A stretch of DNA of 32,000 nt from Parasynechococcus marenigrum WH 8102 (GCF_000195975.1 NC_005070.1:120001-152000), one strand, 5' to 3'. Shown: positions 18,643 through 27,988, counted from the first letter of the stretch. Made by a program: numbers and translations. Notes: generated by a model not told the origin, from the letters alone.

Positions 18643-19890
18643 TCAACTGGCGCGTTTGAAAGCCAGGCAGACGTTGTGGCCGCCGAAGCCGAAGGAGTTG
18701 GACAACACCGTTCCCAGTGTCTGATCCCGCGCCTGATTGGGCACGACATCCAGATCACAGTCAGGATCCGGGTTGGTGTGGTTGATGGTCGGGGGCACGA
18801 CCCCATGCTGGAGGGCCAGCACGCAGGCCACCGCCTCGATGCCGCCCGATCCACCCAGCAGGTGGCCGGTCATCGATTTGGTGGAGCTCACTGGGATCTG
18901 CAGCGCACGATCCCCCAGAGCACTCTTGATGGCCGAGGTCTCGTTTTTGTCGTTGGCGGGGGTGCTGGTGCCGTGGGCGTTCACGTAATCGATCTCCGAA
19001 GGATCGATGCCGCCATCAGCCAGGGCCAGTCGCATCGCTTCAGCGCCGCCGACACCGCCCGGTGTGGGTGAGGTGATGTGGTGGGCATCGCAAGTCATGC
19101 CGTAGCCCACCACTTCACCGAGGATCGTGGCGCCGCGGGCTTGGGCGTGCTCCAGCGTTTCGAGCACCAGCACACCGGCACCTTCGCCGATTACGAAGCC
19201 GTCGCGTTCCTTGTCGAACGGGCGACTAGCGGTGGCGGGGTCGTCGTTGCGGAACGACAGGGCCTTGGCGCTGGCGAAGCCGGCAACCCCCAAAGGGGTG
19301 ATTGCCGATTCGGCACCACCGCACACCATGGCGTCGGCTTTGCCCAGCTGGAGCAGCCGGAAGGCATCTCCGATGGCATTGGAGCCGGCGGCACAAGCGG
19401 TGGCCACGGCGGAGCTCGGCCCCTTGGTGCCTAAGGCAATGGCGGCAAGACCCGTCGCCATGTTGGGAATCATCATCGGCACCGTGAACGGACTCACCCG
19501 TCCCGGTCCTTTGCCCTCCAGCACGTGAGCCTGGGTCTCCATGGTGAGCAGACCGCCCACGCCGGAACCAATCATCGTGCCGATGCGATCGGCGTTGGCG
19601 TCGGAAATCGTGAGACCGGCATCAGCGATGGCCTGTTTGGCGGCCACGACACCGAACTTGCAGAAGCGATCCCAGCGTTTGGCTTCCTTCGGTTCAATCA
19701 ACCCAGCAGGGTCGAAGTCCTTGACTTCCGCTGCGAAACGACAGGCATGGGCTGACGCATCAAACAGGGTGATGGCATCAACCCCGTTGCGTCCGGAGAT
19801 CAGGCCGCTCCAGTAGTCCTGAACCGTATTGCCGATCGGTGTGACCGCGCCGAGGCCCGTAACGACGACGCGATGGAGACCGTCCACCAT
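18643..19890 (-). CDS. fabF: 3-oxoacyl-ACP synthase II
   Basis: 415 aa. It starts [15 protein letters not shown] and has the active-site Cys context ([14 protein letters not shown]), the HxxxH.../GHLLGGSGG motifs and the C-terminal NSFGFGGHN. Confidence 0.95.
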   Translation of the reverse strand: MVDGLHRVVVTGLGAVTPIGNTVQDYWSGLISGRNGVDAITLFDASAHACRFAAEVKDFDPAGLIEPKEAKRWDRFCKFGVVAAKQAIADAGLTISDANADRIGTMIGSGVGGLLTMETQAHVLEGKGPGRVSPFTVPMMIPNMATGLAAIALGTKGPSSAVATACAAGSNAIGDAFRLLQLGKADAMVCGGAESAITPLGVAGFASAKALSFRNDDPATASRPFDKERDGFVIGEGAGVLVLETLEHAQARGATILGEVVGYGMTCDAHHITSPTPGGVGGAEAMRLALADGGIDPSEIDYVNAHGTSTPANDKNETSAIKSALGDRALQIPVSSTKSMTGHLLGGSGGIEAVACVLALQHGVVPPTINHTNPDPDCDLDVVPNQARDQTLGTVLSNSFGFGGHNVCLAFKRAS

Positions 19891-19898
19891 GACGTTGC

Positions 19899-20141
19899 TC
19901 AGGCCTGCTTGTCTTCGATGTATTTGACGGCGTCACCCACGGTGGTAATGCCCTCAGCGGCTTCGTCAGGAATTTCGATGTCGAAGGCCTCTTCCAGGGC
20001 CATCACCAGTTCCACCGTGTCGAGGGAATCCGCGCCCAGGTCGTTCTGGAAGTTGGACTCGGGTTTCACCTCACCGGCATCAACGCTGAGTTGCTCCGCG
20101 ACGATGGAACGGACTTTCTCGAGGATCGCTTCCTGGGACAT
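19899..20141 (-). CDS. acpP: acyl carrier protein
   Basis: Track ORF 19899..20216 trimmed to the ATG at codon 26 (20141), giving 80 aa. The phosphopantetheine attachment motif [19 protein letters not shown] is present. It lies immediately upstream of fabF. Confidence 0.95.
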   Translation of the reverse strand: MSQEAILEKVRSIVAEQLSVDAGEVKPESNFQNDLGADSLDTVELVMALEEAFDIEIPDEAAEGITTVGDAVKYIEDKQA

Positions 20142-20222
20142 GGCCGTGGCTACGGGACGCTGCATCTTACGGGGAGGGCCTGTGGTGGCATGAAGCACGA
20201 GCCAGCTCATTAACAACAGTGA

Positions 20223-20534
<312 letters not shown>

Positions 20535-20560
20535 CGCCAGTGTGATCACGCCATAGGCTC

Positions 20561-20586
20561 GGCCCGGCTTGTGCTGGGCTTTTTTT
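20561..20586 (+). terminator. intrinsic terminator of psaC
   Basis: GGCCCGGC-UUGU-GCUGGGCU forms a hairpin of 8 bp (two G-U pairs) followed by a U6-7 tract. It lies 27 nt after the psaC stop, and the U-tract ends at the base before the glmS ATG. Confidence 0.7.
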
Positions 20587-22476
20587 ATGTGTGGAATCGT
20601 CGCCCTCGTGGGATCCCAGCCTGCAGCACCACAGTTGCTCGAAGGTTTGCGGCAACTGGAGTACCGGGGTTACGACTCGGCTGGCTTGGCGACGGTGACC
20701 AGCCAGGGACAGCTCACCTGCCTGCGGGCCAAAGGCAAGCTCGTCAACCTCAGTCAGCGAGTGGAGGCTCTGGGGGCCCCCGGGCAGTGCGGCATCGGCC
20801 ACACGCGTTGGGCCACCCATGGCAAGCCTGAGGAGCGCAATGCCCACCCTCACCGAAGTGTCGATGGCGGGGTGGCGGTGGTGCAGAACGGCATCATCGA
20901 AAACCACCGGCAGCTCCGGGATGGTCTTGAAGCCTCCGGGGTGGAATTCCAGTCGGAGACCGACACCGAGGTGATTCCCCATCTGGTGTCCGCTGAACTC
21001 CACCGACGCCTTCAGAACGGTGAACAGCCCAGCGGTTCCACCCTGCTTCAGGCCGTGCAGACGGTGCTGCCTCAGTTGCAGGGTGCCTATGCCCTTGCAG
21101 TGATCTGGGAGAAGGCTCCCGGCGCTTTGGTGGTCGCCCGCCGGGCTGCCCCCTTGTTGATCGGCCTGGGCGAGGGTGAATTCCTCTGTGCCAGCGATAC
21201 ACCGGCTCTGGCTGGTTTCACCCGCACGATCCTGCCGATGGAGGACGGCGAGGTGGCTTTGTTGTCGCCCCTGGGAGTGGAGCTCTACGACGGCGAGGGC
21301 GTGCGTCAACAGCGGATGCCGACCCTGCTGACGGGGACGGATCACGTGGCGGACAAGCGGGAGTTCCGCCATTTCATGCTCAAGGAGATCCACGAGCAGC
21401 CCGAGACGGCGGCGTTGTGGGTGTCACGCCATCTGCCTGAGGGGCTGCCGGCATCGATGCCTGTGGCCTTGCCGTTTGACGAAGCCTTCTACGCCGGTAT
21501 CGAACGGATCGAGATCCTGGCTTGCGGCACCAGTCGCCATGCGGCTCTGGTGGGTGCCCATCTGCTGGAGCAATTCGCAGGATTGCCCACGGCCGTTCAC
21601 TACGCCAGTGAATTCCGATACGCGCCGCCGCCGCTGGCCCCCAACACCCTCACCATTGGTGTCACCCAATCCGGGGAAACGGCCGACACCCTGGCGGCTT
21701 TGGCGATGGAGGCCCAGCGCCGTTGCGCCCACCCCGACCCGGCCTATGCCTCGCGCCAGCTGGGGGTGACCAACCGTCCGGAGAGTTCACTCTCCCGTCA
21801 AGTTCCTCACATCCTGGACATCGGTGCCGGAGTTGAAGTGGGCGTGGCGGCCACTAAAACTTTCACGGGACAGCTGTTGGCTTTCTATGGTCTGGCGATG
21901 GCCTTCGCGACGCGCAGTGGCAGTCGTTCAGCCGCTGAAATCCAGACGCTGGCGGATGAATTGCGGATGCTTCCTCAGCAGCTGCAGGAGCTGGTGTCAC
22001 TTCATGACCAGCGCTCGGAAGCCCTGGCCCATCGCTTTGCCGAAACCCAGGACGTGATCTTCCTCGGTCGGGGCATCAACTACCCCATCGCGCTGGAGGG
22101 AGCCCTCAAGCTGAAAGAAATCAGCTACATCCATGCCGAGGGCTATCCGGCCGGTGAAATGAAGCACGGTCCGATTGCTCTGTTGGATGCCCACGTGCCG
22201 GTCGTGTCGATCGCGGTGCCGGGAACGGTGTTCGAGAAAGTGCTCAGCAACGCCCAGGAGGCCAAGGCCCGCGATGCACGCTTGATCGGTGTGGCGCCTG
22301 AGGGACCTGACACGGCGCTGTTTGATGACCTCTTGCCTGTGCCCGAGGTGAGCGAGTGGCTGAGCCCGTTGCTGACGGTGGTGCCCATGCAGCTGTTGAG
22401 TTATCACATCGCAGCCCATCGGGGCCTGGATGTGGACCAACCTCGCAATCTGGCTAAGAGTGTGACCGTGGAGTGA
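20587..22476 (+). CDS. glmS: glutamine--fructose-6-phosphate aminotransferase (isomerizing)
   Basis: Track ORF 20569..22476 trimmed to the ATG at codon 7 (20587), so that the product begins MCGIV (the catalytic Cys after Met removal). It has an N-terminal glutaminase domain, two SIS domains and the C-terminal ...NLAKSVTVE. Confidence 0.95.
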   Translation: MCGIVALVGSQPAAPQLLEGLRQLEYRGYDSAGLATVTSQGQLTCLRAKGKLVNLSQRVEALGAPGQCGIGHTRWATHGKPEERNAHPHRSVDGGVAVVQNGIIENHRQLRDGLEASGVEFQSETDTEVIPHLVSAELHRRLQNGEQPSGSTLLQAVQTVLPQLQGAYALAVIWEKAPGALVVARRAAPLLIGLGEGEFLCASDTPALAGFTRTILPMEDGEVALLSPLGVELYDGEGVRQQRMPTLLTGTDHVADKREFRHFMLKEIHEQPETAALWVSRHLPEGLPASMPVALPFDEAFYAGIERIEILACGTSRHAALVGAHLLEQFAGLPTAVHYASEFRYAPPPLAPNTLTIGVTQSGETADTLAALAMEAQRRCAHPDPAYASRQLGVTNRPESSLSRQVPHILDIGAGVEVGVAATKTFTGQLLAFYGLAMAFATRSGSRSAAEIQTLADELRMLPQQLQELVSLHDQRSEALAHRFAETQDVIFLGRGINYPIALEGALKLKEISYIHAEGYPAGEMKHGPIALLDAHVPVVSIAVPGTVFEKVLSNAQEAKARDARLIGVAPEGPDTALFDDLLPVPEVSEWLSPLLTVVPMQLLSYHIAAHRGLDVDQPRNLAKSVTVE

Positions 22477-22494
22477 TTTGAGTCGGCGGATCCC

Positions 22495-23607
22495 ATGGCC
22501 CGACAGGTCCGTCGCAGCAGCAATGCGGTCAAGCCGCGGCGGTTGAGTGAACGACCGGGCGATCTGCCTGGGCCCTTGTTCGTTCATGGCGGTCTTGCAC
22601 CGACGGGCCTTTCCGCACTTCTCTTCAGACCAGACGGTGTCAGCACCCATCTGGACTTAACGCTGGAGCAATTGCAGGATCTGCTTCAGCAAGGAGAGCC
22701 GCTGTGGGTACGGATCAAGGGACTGGGGAGTCCTGGATTGCTGGCTCAGGTGATGTCAATGCTGCGGGTCCCTGATGATCTCCAGCCGGTGTTGGTGGAA
22801 ACGCCTCAGCGCACGCGGGTGGATGCCGTTGGAGATGTGCTTCAGGTGGTGACCCATCGCCTCAGCATGGGGGCCAGCGGCCGGGTGATCAGCGAGCAGG
22901 TGGGTGTGGTGCTGATGCCGAATCTGGTACTTACCGTTGAGGAAGTGCCGCGCCGGATGGCCTTCCCGGAATTCACCGAGTGGTTGGTGAAGCTGCCGGA
23001 TTCGCCGGATCGTGCCCTGCTCGACGACATCTTTTTCTTCCTCCTGGATGAGGTGCTGCCGCTGTTGGAGGATCTCGCCGAGGAACTGGATCAGCTTGAG
23101 GAGGCGTCGTTGCGACGGCCCACGCCGCGGCTGCTGTGACAGGCCTACGACATCCGCTCCGACCTGCGCCGGGTTCGAACCGTGGTGTGGCCCCTGCGCA
23201 GCCAGCTGATTGTGTTGGTCCGGCAGGGCAAACGACTGCTGGATCGAGAAGCCGTTCGCGGTTTCCGGGAGGTGAGCACCCACGTGGATGTGGTGTTCGA
23301 AACCGCTGAAGTGCTGCGGCACCAGTGCGATGGCGTGACCGCCAGCTACATGGCCAGCATCAGCAACCGTATGAATCAGGTGATGAAGGTGCTCACGGTG
23401 ATCTCAAGCATTTTTGTGCCGTTGACGTTCATCGCCGGTGTGTACGGCATGAATTTCGATCCGGAGGTGTCCCCCTGGAACATGCCGGAGCTGGAGTGGC
23501 CCTACGGCTATGTCCTCTGCATGGTTGCCATGGGTCTGATCTCTCTGACCCAGGTGCTTTGGTTTCGCCGTCAGGGTTGGTTTCAGGACTGGACGGGGAT
23601 GCGCTGA
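22495..23607 (+). pseudogene. corA: CorA-family Mg2+/Co2+ channel interrupted by one in-frame TGA (23137..23139)
   Basis: Track ORFs 22495..23139 and 23182..23607 are in the same frame (offset 687 = 229 x 3). The 42 nt between them are open. The second part carries the YGMNF (GMN) signature and two C-terminal TM helices. The joined length is 370 codons. Confidence 0.8.
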
Positions 23608-25052
23608 TCGCTGCGGCCGTAGCGGTCTTCAAAGCGCACGATGTCGTCTTCGCCGAGGTATTCACCGCTCTGCACTTCAATCAACTCCACGGGGATGCGC
23701 CCGGGGTTGGACAGGCGGTGTTTGCAGCCCATAGGGATATAGGTGCTCTGGTTTTCACCCACGAGTTGCTGGTCGCCATCGCGTTCTACAAGGGCCGTGC
23801 CTTTCACCACCACCCAGTGCTCAGCCCGGTGATGGTGCATCTGCAGTGACAGGCTGGAGCCGGGGTTCACGGAAATGCGCTTCACCTGCCAGCGGTTGCC
23901 CTCGGTGACGCCGGTGTAGGCACCCCAGGGGCGATAGATCTTGCGGTGGGCCTTGCCTTCCGGGCTGCCATCCGCCTCCAGTTGCTTGACCACCGATTTG
24001 ATCTCCTGGGCCTTGGAGCGATCGGCAATCAGCACTGCATCGTCCGTTTCCACCACCACAAGGTTCTCCACGCCAAGACCCACCACCAGGCGGTGTTCGC
24101 TGCGCAGATAGCAGTTGCGACTGCCCTTGTTGATCACCCGCCCCTGCAGCACGTTGCCGTCAACGTCACGGTCGGCGGTTTCCCAGAGCGCACTCCAGCT
24201 GCCCACGTCACTCCAGCCGGCATCCAACGGCAGCACCGAACCCAGCTCCGTCTTCTCCATTACCGCCACATCAATGGCCACGTTGGGGCACTTGGCGAAG
24301 GCTTCCCGCTCCAATCGCAGAAAGTCGAGATCTGCGGCGTCCTGTTCAAGGGCGGCACGGCAACAGCTCACCACCTCCGGTGCCAGGCGCTCCAGCTCCG
24401 CCAGCATGGCGCTGGCCCTGAACAGGAACATGCCGCTGTTCCAGGTGAAGCGGCCCGTGGCCAGGAACTGCTCTGCGGTGGCCCGGTCCGGTTTTTCCAC
24501 GAAGCGGGCGATCGGCACCTCACGCAGGGATCCGCCGCTGAAGGGTTCGGCCGCCTCGATGTAGCCGTAGCCGGTTTCCGGAGCAGTAGGAACGATCCCG
24601 AAGGTCACCAAGCGACCGGCCTCTGCAGCGGATCTACCGGCATCCACCGCCTGGCGGAATTGCTTCGCATCGCGGATCAAGTGGTCGGCCGCCAGTACCA
24701 GCAGCAATGGGTCCTGCCCCCCAGCTGTGGCCTGCAGCGCTGCCACCGTGACCGCCGGCGCCGTGTTCCGCCCCATTGGTTCCAGCAGGATGGCGTTGGG
24801 TTCAACGCCGATCTGCCGCATCTGCTCGGCCACGATGAAGCGATGGTCTTCATTGCAGATCAGCAACGGTGCCTCGAGGCCATTGAGACCCTCCAGCCGC
24901 TGTTGGGTCTGCTGCATCAAGGTGGCATCACCCTCCCCGCTGAGGGGCCAGTACTGCTTCGGGTAACTGGCGCGGGACAGGGGCCACAGTCGCGTGCCGG
25001 TCCCGCCGCAGAGGATCACAGGGATCAGAGGGGTGCTGGCCACACTGTGCAT
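23583..25052 (-). CDS. manC: bifunctional mannose-1-phosphate guanylyltransferase / mannose-6-phosphate isomerase (type II PMI)
   Basis: 489 aa. It has the N-terminal nucleotidyltransferase motif ILCGGTGTRLWPLSR and a C-terminal cupin (SLQMHHHRAEHWVVVKGTA...IPMGCKHRLSNPG). Confidence 0.9.
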   Translation of the reverse strand: MHSVASTPLIPVILCGGTGTRLWPLSRASYPKQYWPLSGEGDATLMQQTQQRLEGLNGLEAPLLICNEDHRFIVAEQMRQIGVEPNAILLEPMGRNTAPAVTVAALQATAGGQDPLLLVLAADHLIRDAKQFRQAVDAGRSAAEAGRLVTFGIVPTAPETGYGYIEAAEPFSGGSLREVPIARFVEKPDRATAEQFLATGRFTWNSGMFLFRASAMLAELERLAPEVVSCCRAALEQDAADLDFLRLEREAFAKCPNVAIDVAVMEKTELGSVLPLDAGWSDVGSWSALWETADRDVDGNVLQGRVINKGSRNCYLRSEHRLVVGLGVENLVVVETDDAVLIADRSKAQEIKSVVKQLEADGSPEGKAHRKIYRPWGAYTGVTEGNRWQVKRISVNPGSSLSLQMHHHRAEHWVVVKGTALVERDGDQQLVGENQSTYIPMGCKHRLSNPGRIPVELIEVQSGEYLGEDDIVRFEDRYGRSDQRIPVQS

Positions 25053-25102
25053 CGTTGATTGGTCCTAAGAATCGCCTGGGCTGGGACCTTCTGTCGATGG
25101 GC

Positions 25103-25636
25103 TCAGAGATCCAGCAGTCCAGGCGGCGGGGTGAGCAGCAACCAGCCCTTCTCAAGATGCACCTCAGGCACGATCGATTCCACAAAGGGAATCAGCAGCG
25201 TTCGACCTGCGGATGTCTTCAGCTCCAGCAGATCGTTGCCACCACTGATCAGGTCGGTCACGACTCCGATGGCGGGCTCGTCGGCGTGCAAGCGGGCCTC
25301 CAGACCAACAAGATCCAACAGATGGAATTCGCCTTCCTCAAGCTCGGGGCGATCGCTGGCGGGCACCAGCAGCTCCTGACCCACCAGCGCCTCTGCTGCA
25401 TCGCGGCTGTCGATGCCCTCCAGGCGCAAGATGAACAACGACTTGCCCGGAAGCTGGCGTCCTTTCTTGAGTTGAACTTCCTTGGGTTCTCCGCCCTTGC
25501 GTCCCCGCAGCCAACGGCTGCCAGGGGTGGTGAAGCGTTCCGGGAAATCGCTGGCGGGGTTCACCCGCAGTTCACCCTGCAGCCCCTGAGCGCCCACCAG
25601 CTTGCCGACGATCAGCCAGTCTTCGCTCTCGACCAT
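25103..25636 (-). CDS. rimM: 16S rRNA processing protein RimM
   Basis: Track ORF 25103..26134 trimmed to the internal ATG giving 177 aa. The N-terminus [19 protein letters not shown] and the PRC-barrel C-terminal domain ([13 protein letters not shown]...) are typical of RimM. Confidence 0.9.
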
Positions 25637-25690
25637 GCGTTCGGGGGGTGCTCCATTGATAATGACGCCAGAACTGACCTCGCCCGAGCC

Positions 25691-25876
25691 ATGGCGTCTG
25701 CTGCTGCACCGATTCTTCCGGGCGCCACGGTCACGGTCCAGGACGTGACCTCGATCTACAACGGTTACACCGGTTTCGTGCAGCGCATCAGCGGCGATCG
25801 TGCTGCCGTGCTGTTCGAAGGGGGCAACTGGGACAAGCTGGTGACGATGCGGTTGAAGGACCTGCAGCCCGCCTAA
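25691..25876 (+). CDS. ndhS: NDH-1 complex subunit S-like small protein (61 aa)
   Basis: This is the C-terminal part of track ORF 25055..25876, starting from the ATG at 25691. [51 protein letters not shown] matches my recollection of the cyanobacterial NdhS (Ssl0352-type, SH3-like) consensus [12 protein letters not shown]. This was not verified by search. Confidence 0.6.
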
Positions 25877-25879
25877 TCG

Positions 25880-26704
25880 ATGGCGTCGGATCGCAGCCTG
25901 CGCCAACGCCTGCGCTCCACGGTGCTGGAGGCAACCACTCCCGCAGGCAAGCTCTACAACGTCTTGATTTTCGGGGCGATCCTGCTCAGCGTTCTGGCCT
26001 TGCTGCTGGAGCCGGACCCTCTGGGAAATTCGGCCCTGCGTCAGACCAATGTGCTCTGGATCGATGTGGCCCAGAACATCTGTCTGGCTGTGTTTGCGGC
26101 CGACTTCATTCTGCACCTGCTCTTGGTGGAGCAACCGCGGCGATATCTGTTCAGCTTCTACGGGGTGATTGACGCCTCAGCGGTGCTGTTTTTCTTCGTG
26201 CCGCAGATCCGCAGTGAACTGCTGCTCTGGGTGTTCAAGTTCGGGCGCATCCTGCGGGTGTTCAAGCTGCTCAAATTCATTGATGAAGCTCGCGTGCTCG
26301 GGCAGGCGTTGCGGGGCAGTGCCCGCACAATCTGCGTCTACCTGTTTTTTGTTTTCCTGTTGCAGGTGGTGCTGGGGTACTTCATTTTTGTGATCGAAAG
26401 TGGCAAACCGGACTCCCAGTTCCAGACTGTGTCGAACGGGGTGTACTGGGCCATCGTCACGATGACCACAGTGGGCTACGGGGATCTTGTTCCCCAGACG
26501 GCTCTTGGACGCTTGCTGGCCTCCGTGGTGATGATGCTGGGTTTCGGCATCATTGCGATCCCCACCGGGTTGCTCACGGTTTCAGGGGTCCGTCATCAGC
26601 AGAAGCAGCGGGGAATCACCTGCTCCACCTGCGGCCGGCAAGGACACCGTGATGATGCCCGCCGCTGTGATCAGTGCGGAGCGGCGTTGCCGGCAAAGGT
26701 CTGA
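25880..26704 (+). CDS. six-TM voltage-sensor-type K+ channel with a C-terminal CxxC...CxxC zinc-ribbon tail
   Basis: 274 aa. It has an S4-like helix with basic residues every third position ([10 protein letters not shown]) and a pore helix plus selectivity filter TMTTVGYGD. The C-terminal tail is [20 protein letters not shown]. It starts 3 nt after the ndhS stop. Confidence 0.85.
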
Positions 26705-27387
26705 GCGGCTGCGATCGCAGCGTTCTGTTCGGCCTCCTTGCGCGAGCGTCCGTGGCCTTCGGCTAATACCTTGCTGGCCACACGCACCGTGCTGCGGAAT
26801 CGCTGCGGATCGCCATGTACTTGGCTCCGTTCTTCCGTGCTGTACTCCGGGAGTCCCAGTCCCTGACCCTGGCTCCACTCCTGCAGCGTGGTCTTGCCGT
26901 TGAAGCGATGGGGTGCTGCCAGCACGTCAGCACTGGTGCGTTGCCAGTGGGGGGTGAGCCAACCCAGGATCGGCTCAAGGCTGCCGCTGACTTTGTAGAG
27001 AGCTCCGATCAGTGCTTCGGTGGCATCAGCGCGAATCGTTGTTCGAGCAGCTGCATCACCCAGCGCTTTGACCCCGAGGATCAGGCAGCTTTCAATGTCG
27101 ATCGCTTCCCCCAGCTCCGCCAGCCAGCGATCACTCACGAGCTGGGCGCGAAGGCTTGAGCTATCTCCCACGGTTAAACCGGGATGGTGGCGGTCGAGAT
27201 AAAGCGTTGCCGCAAGACGCAGCACCGCATCGCCGAGGAACTCAAGCCGCTCGTTGTGGTCGGTTCGTCCGCTCGAGGTATGGGTCATGGCACGTTCCAC
27301 CTCCAGAAGGAGGGACGGGCTGTCCATGTCCTCCAGGCCTAGCCGCTTGATCAGGCTCTTCAGAGAGTCACGACGCGCTTGGTCCAC
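26671..27387 (-). CDS. rnc: ribonuclease III
   Basis: 238 aa with a GTG start. It shows LIKRLGLE...AMTHTS, the catalytic signature NERLEFLGDAVLRL and a C-terminal dsRBD (KTTLQEWSQGQGLGLPEY...GHGRSRKEAEQNAA). Confidence 0.9.
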   Translation of the reverse strand: MDQARRDSLKSLIKRLGLEDMDSPSLLLEVERAMTHTSSGRTDHNERLEFLGDAVLRLAATLYLDRHHPGLTVGDSSSLRAQLVSDRWLAELGEAIDIESCLILGVKALGDAAARTTIRADATEALIGALYKVSGSLEPILGWLTPHWQRTSADVLAAPHRFNGKTTLQEWSQGQGLGLPEYSTEERSQVHGDPQRFRSTVRVASKVLAEGHGRSRKEAEQNAAIAAAQTFAGNAAPH

Positions 27388-27396
27388 GGAAATGGG

Positions 27397-27785
27397 GGTG
27401 AAAGCAGGACATAAGCCGGGTTCTGTTCACGCCTCCGAAGAGGGTGGGTGGCTATCTATCTGGGACCGCCGTTACCGACGGCCTCGAGCGGCGCGTTTAG
27501 ACGGAACGGGGCCAATGGCCAGCCGTCGTTCCTTGGCCTTGCTCCCAGCCGGGGTTTACCGAGCCAGCACCTCTCGATGCTGCTGGTGCGCTCTTACCGC
27601 ACCTTTGCACCCTTGCCTGTGCCTGGGGGAAGCCCCACGGGGCCATCGGCGGTGTGTTTCTGTGGCACTCTCCTCACGGTCACCCGCACTGGGCGTTACC
27701 CAGCAAGCCTGGCCATCAGGGAGCCCGGACTTTCCTCAGCCGACACTCAAAGAGATCGACCGCAACCACCTCGCCTGCTTTCAGC
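27397..27785 (-). ncRNA. rnpB: RNase P RNA (bacterial type A, cyanobacterial flavour)
   Basis: The minus-strand RNA contains GAGGAAAGUCCGGGCUCC, GGGUAACGCCCAGUGCGGGUGACCGUGAGGAGAGUGCCACAGAAACA and GCAAGGGUGCAAAGGUGCGGUAAGAGCGCACC. It also contains GGUAAACCCCGGCUGGGAGCAAGGCCAA, AGAUAGAUAGCCACC and ACAGAACCCGGCUUAU. The P1 helix pairs GAAAGCAGG (27782..27774) with CCUGCUUUC (27408..27400). The ends are approximate. Confidence 0.93.
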
Positions 27786-27822
27786 CCATATCATGACTCG
27801 CGGGCATAATCGAGGCAGATCG

Positions 27823-27896
<74 letters not shown>

Positions 27897-27988
27897 TCAG
27901 GAGCGCCGATATCGGTAGTCGCCGCTACATCTGGTGGGGTGGGCAGACCGTCCTCCACCGCTAGGGTTTCAGCAACCGGGTGGGAGCC

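Noticed and set aside
23137-23139. The in-frame TGA in corA as a selenocysteine codon.
   Set aside because: No convincing SECIS-like hairpin lies immediately downstream; there is only a loop-less palindrome, CGGTTCGAACCG. CorA is not a known selenoprotein, and the position is in a structural helix, not a redox site. A nonsense mutation, sequencing error or readthrough is more parsimonious.
25055-26134. N-terminal extensions of the track ORFs 25103..26134 (-) and 25055..25876 (+), which would make 343-aa and 273-aa proteins.
   Set aside because: Homology only covers the last 177 aa (RimM) and the last 61 aa (NdhS-like). Each extension is antisense to the other genes and low-complexity. The same logic was used to trim ORFs 1114, 2210, 9191, 10745, 12792, 14003, 14211, 14998, 18646, 20216, 20244 and 20569 to internal starts.
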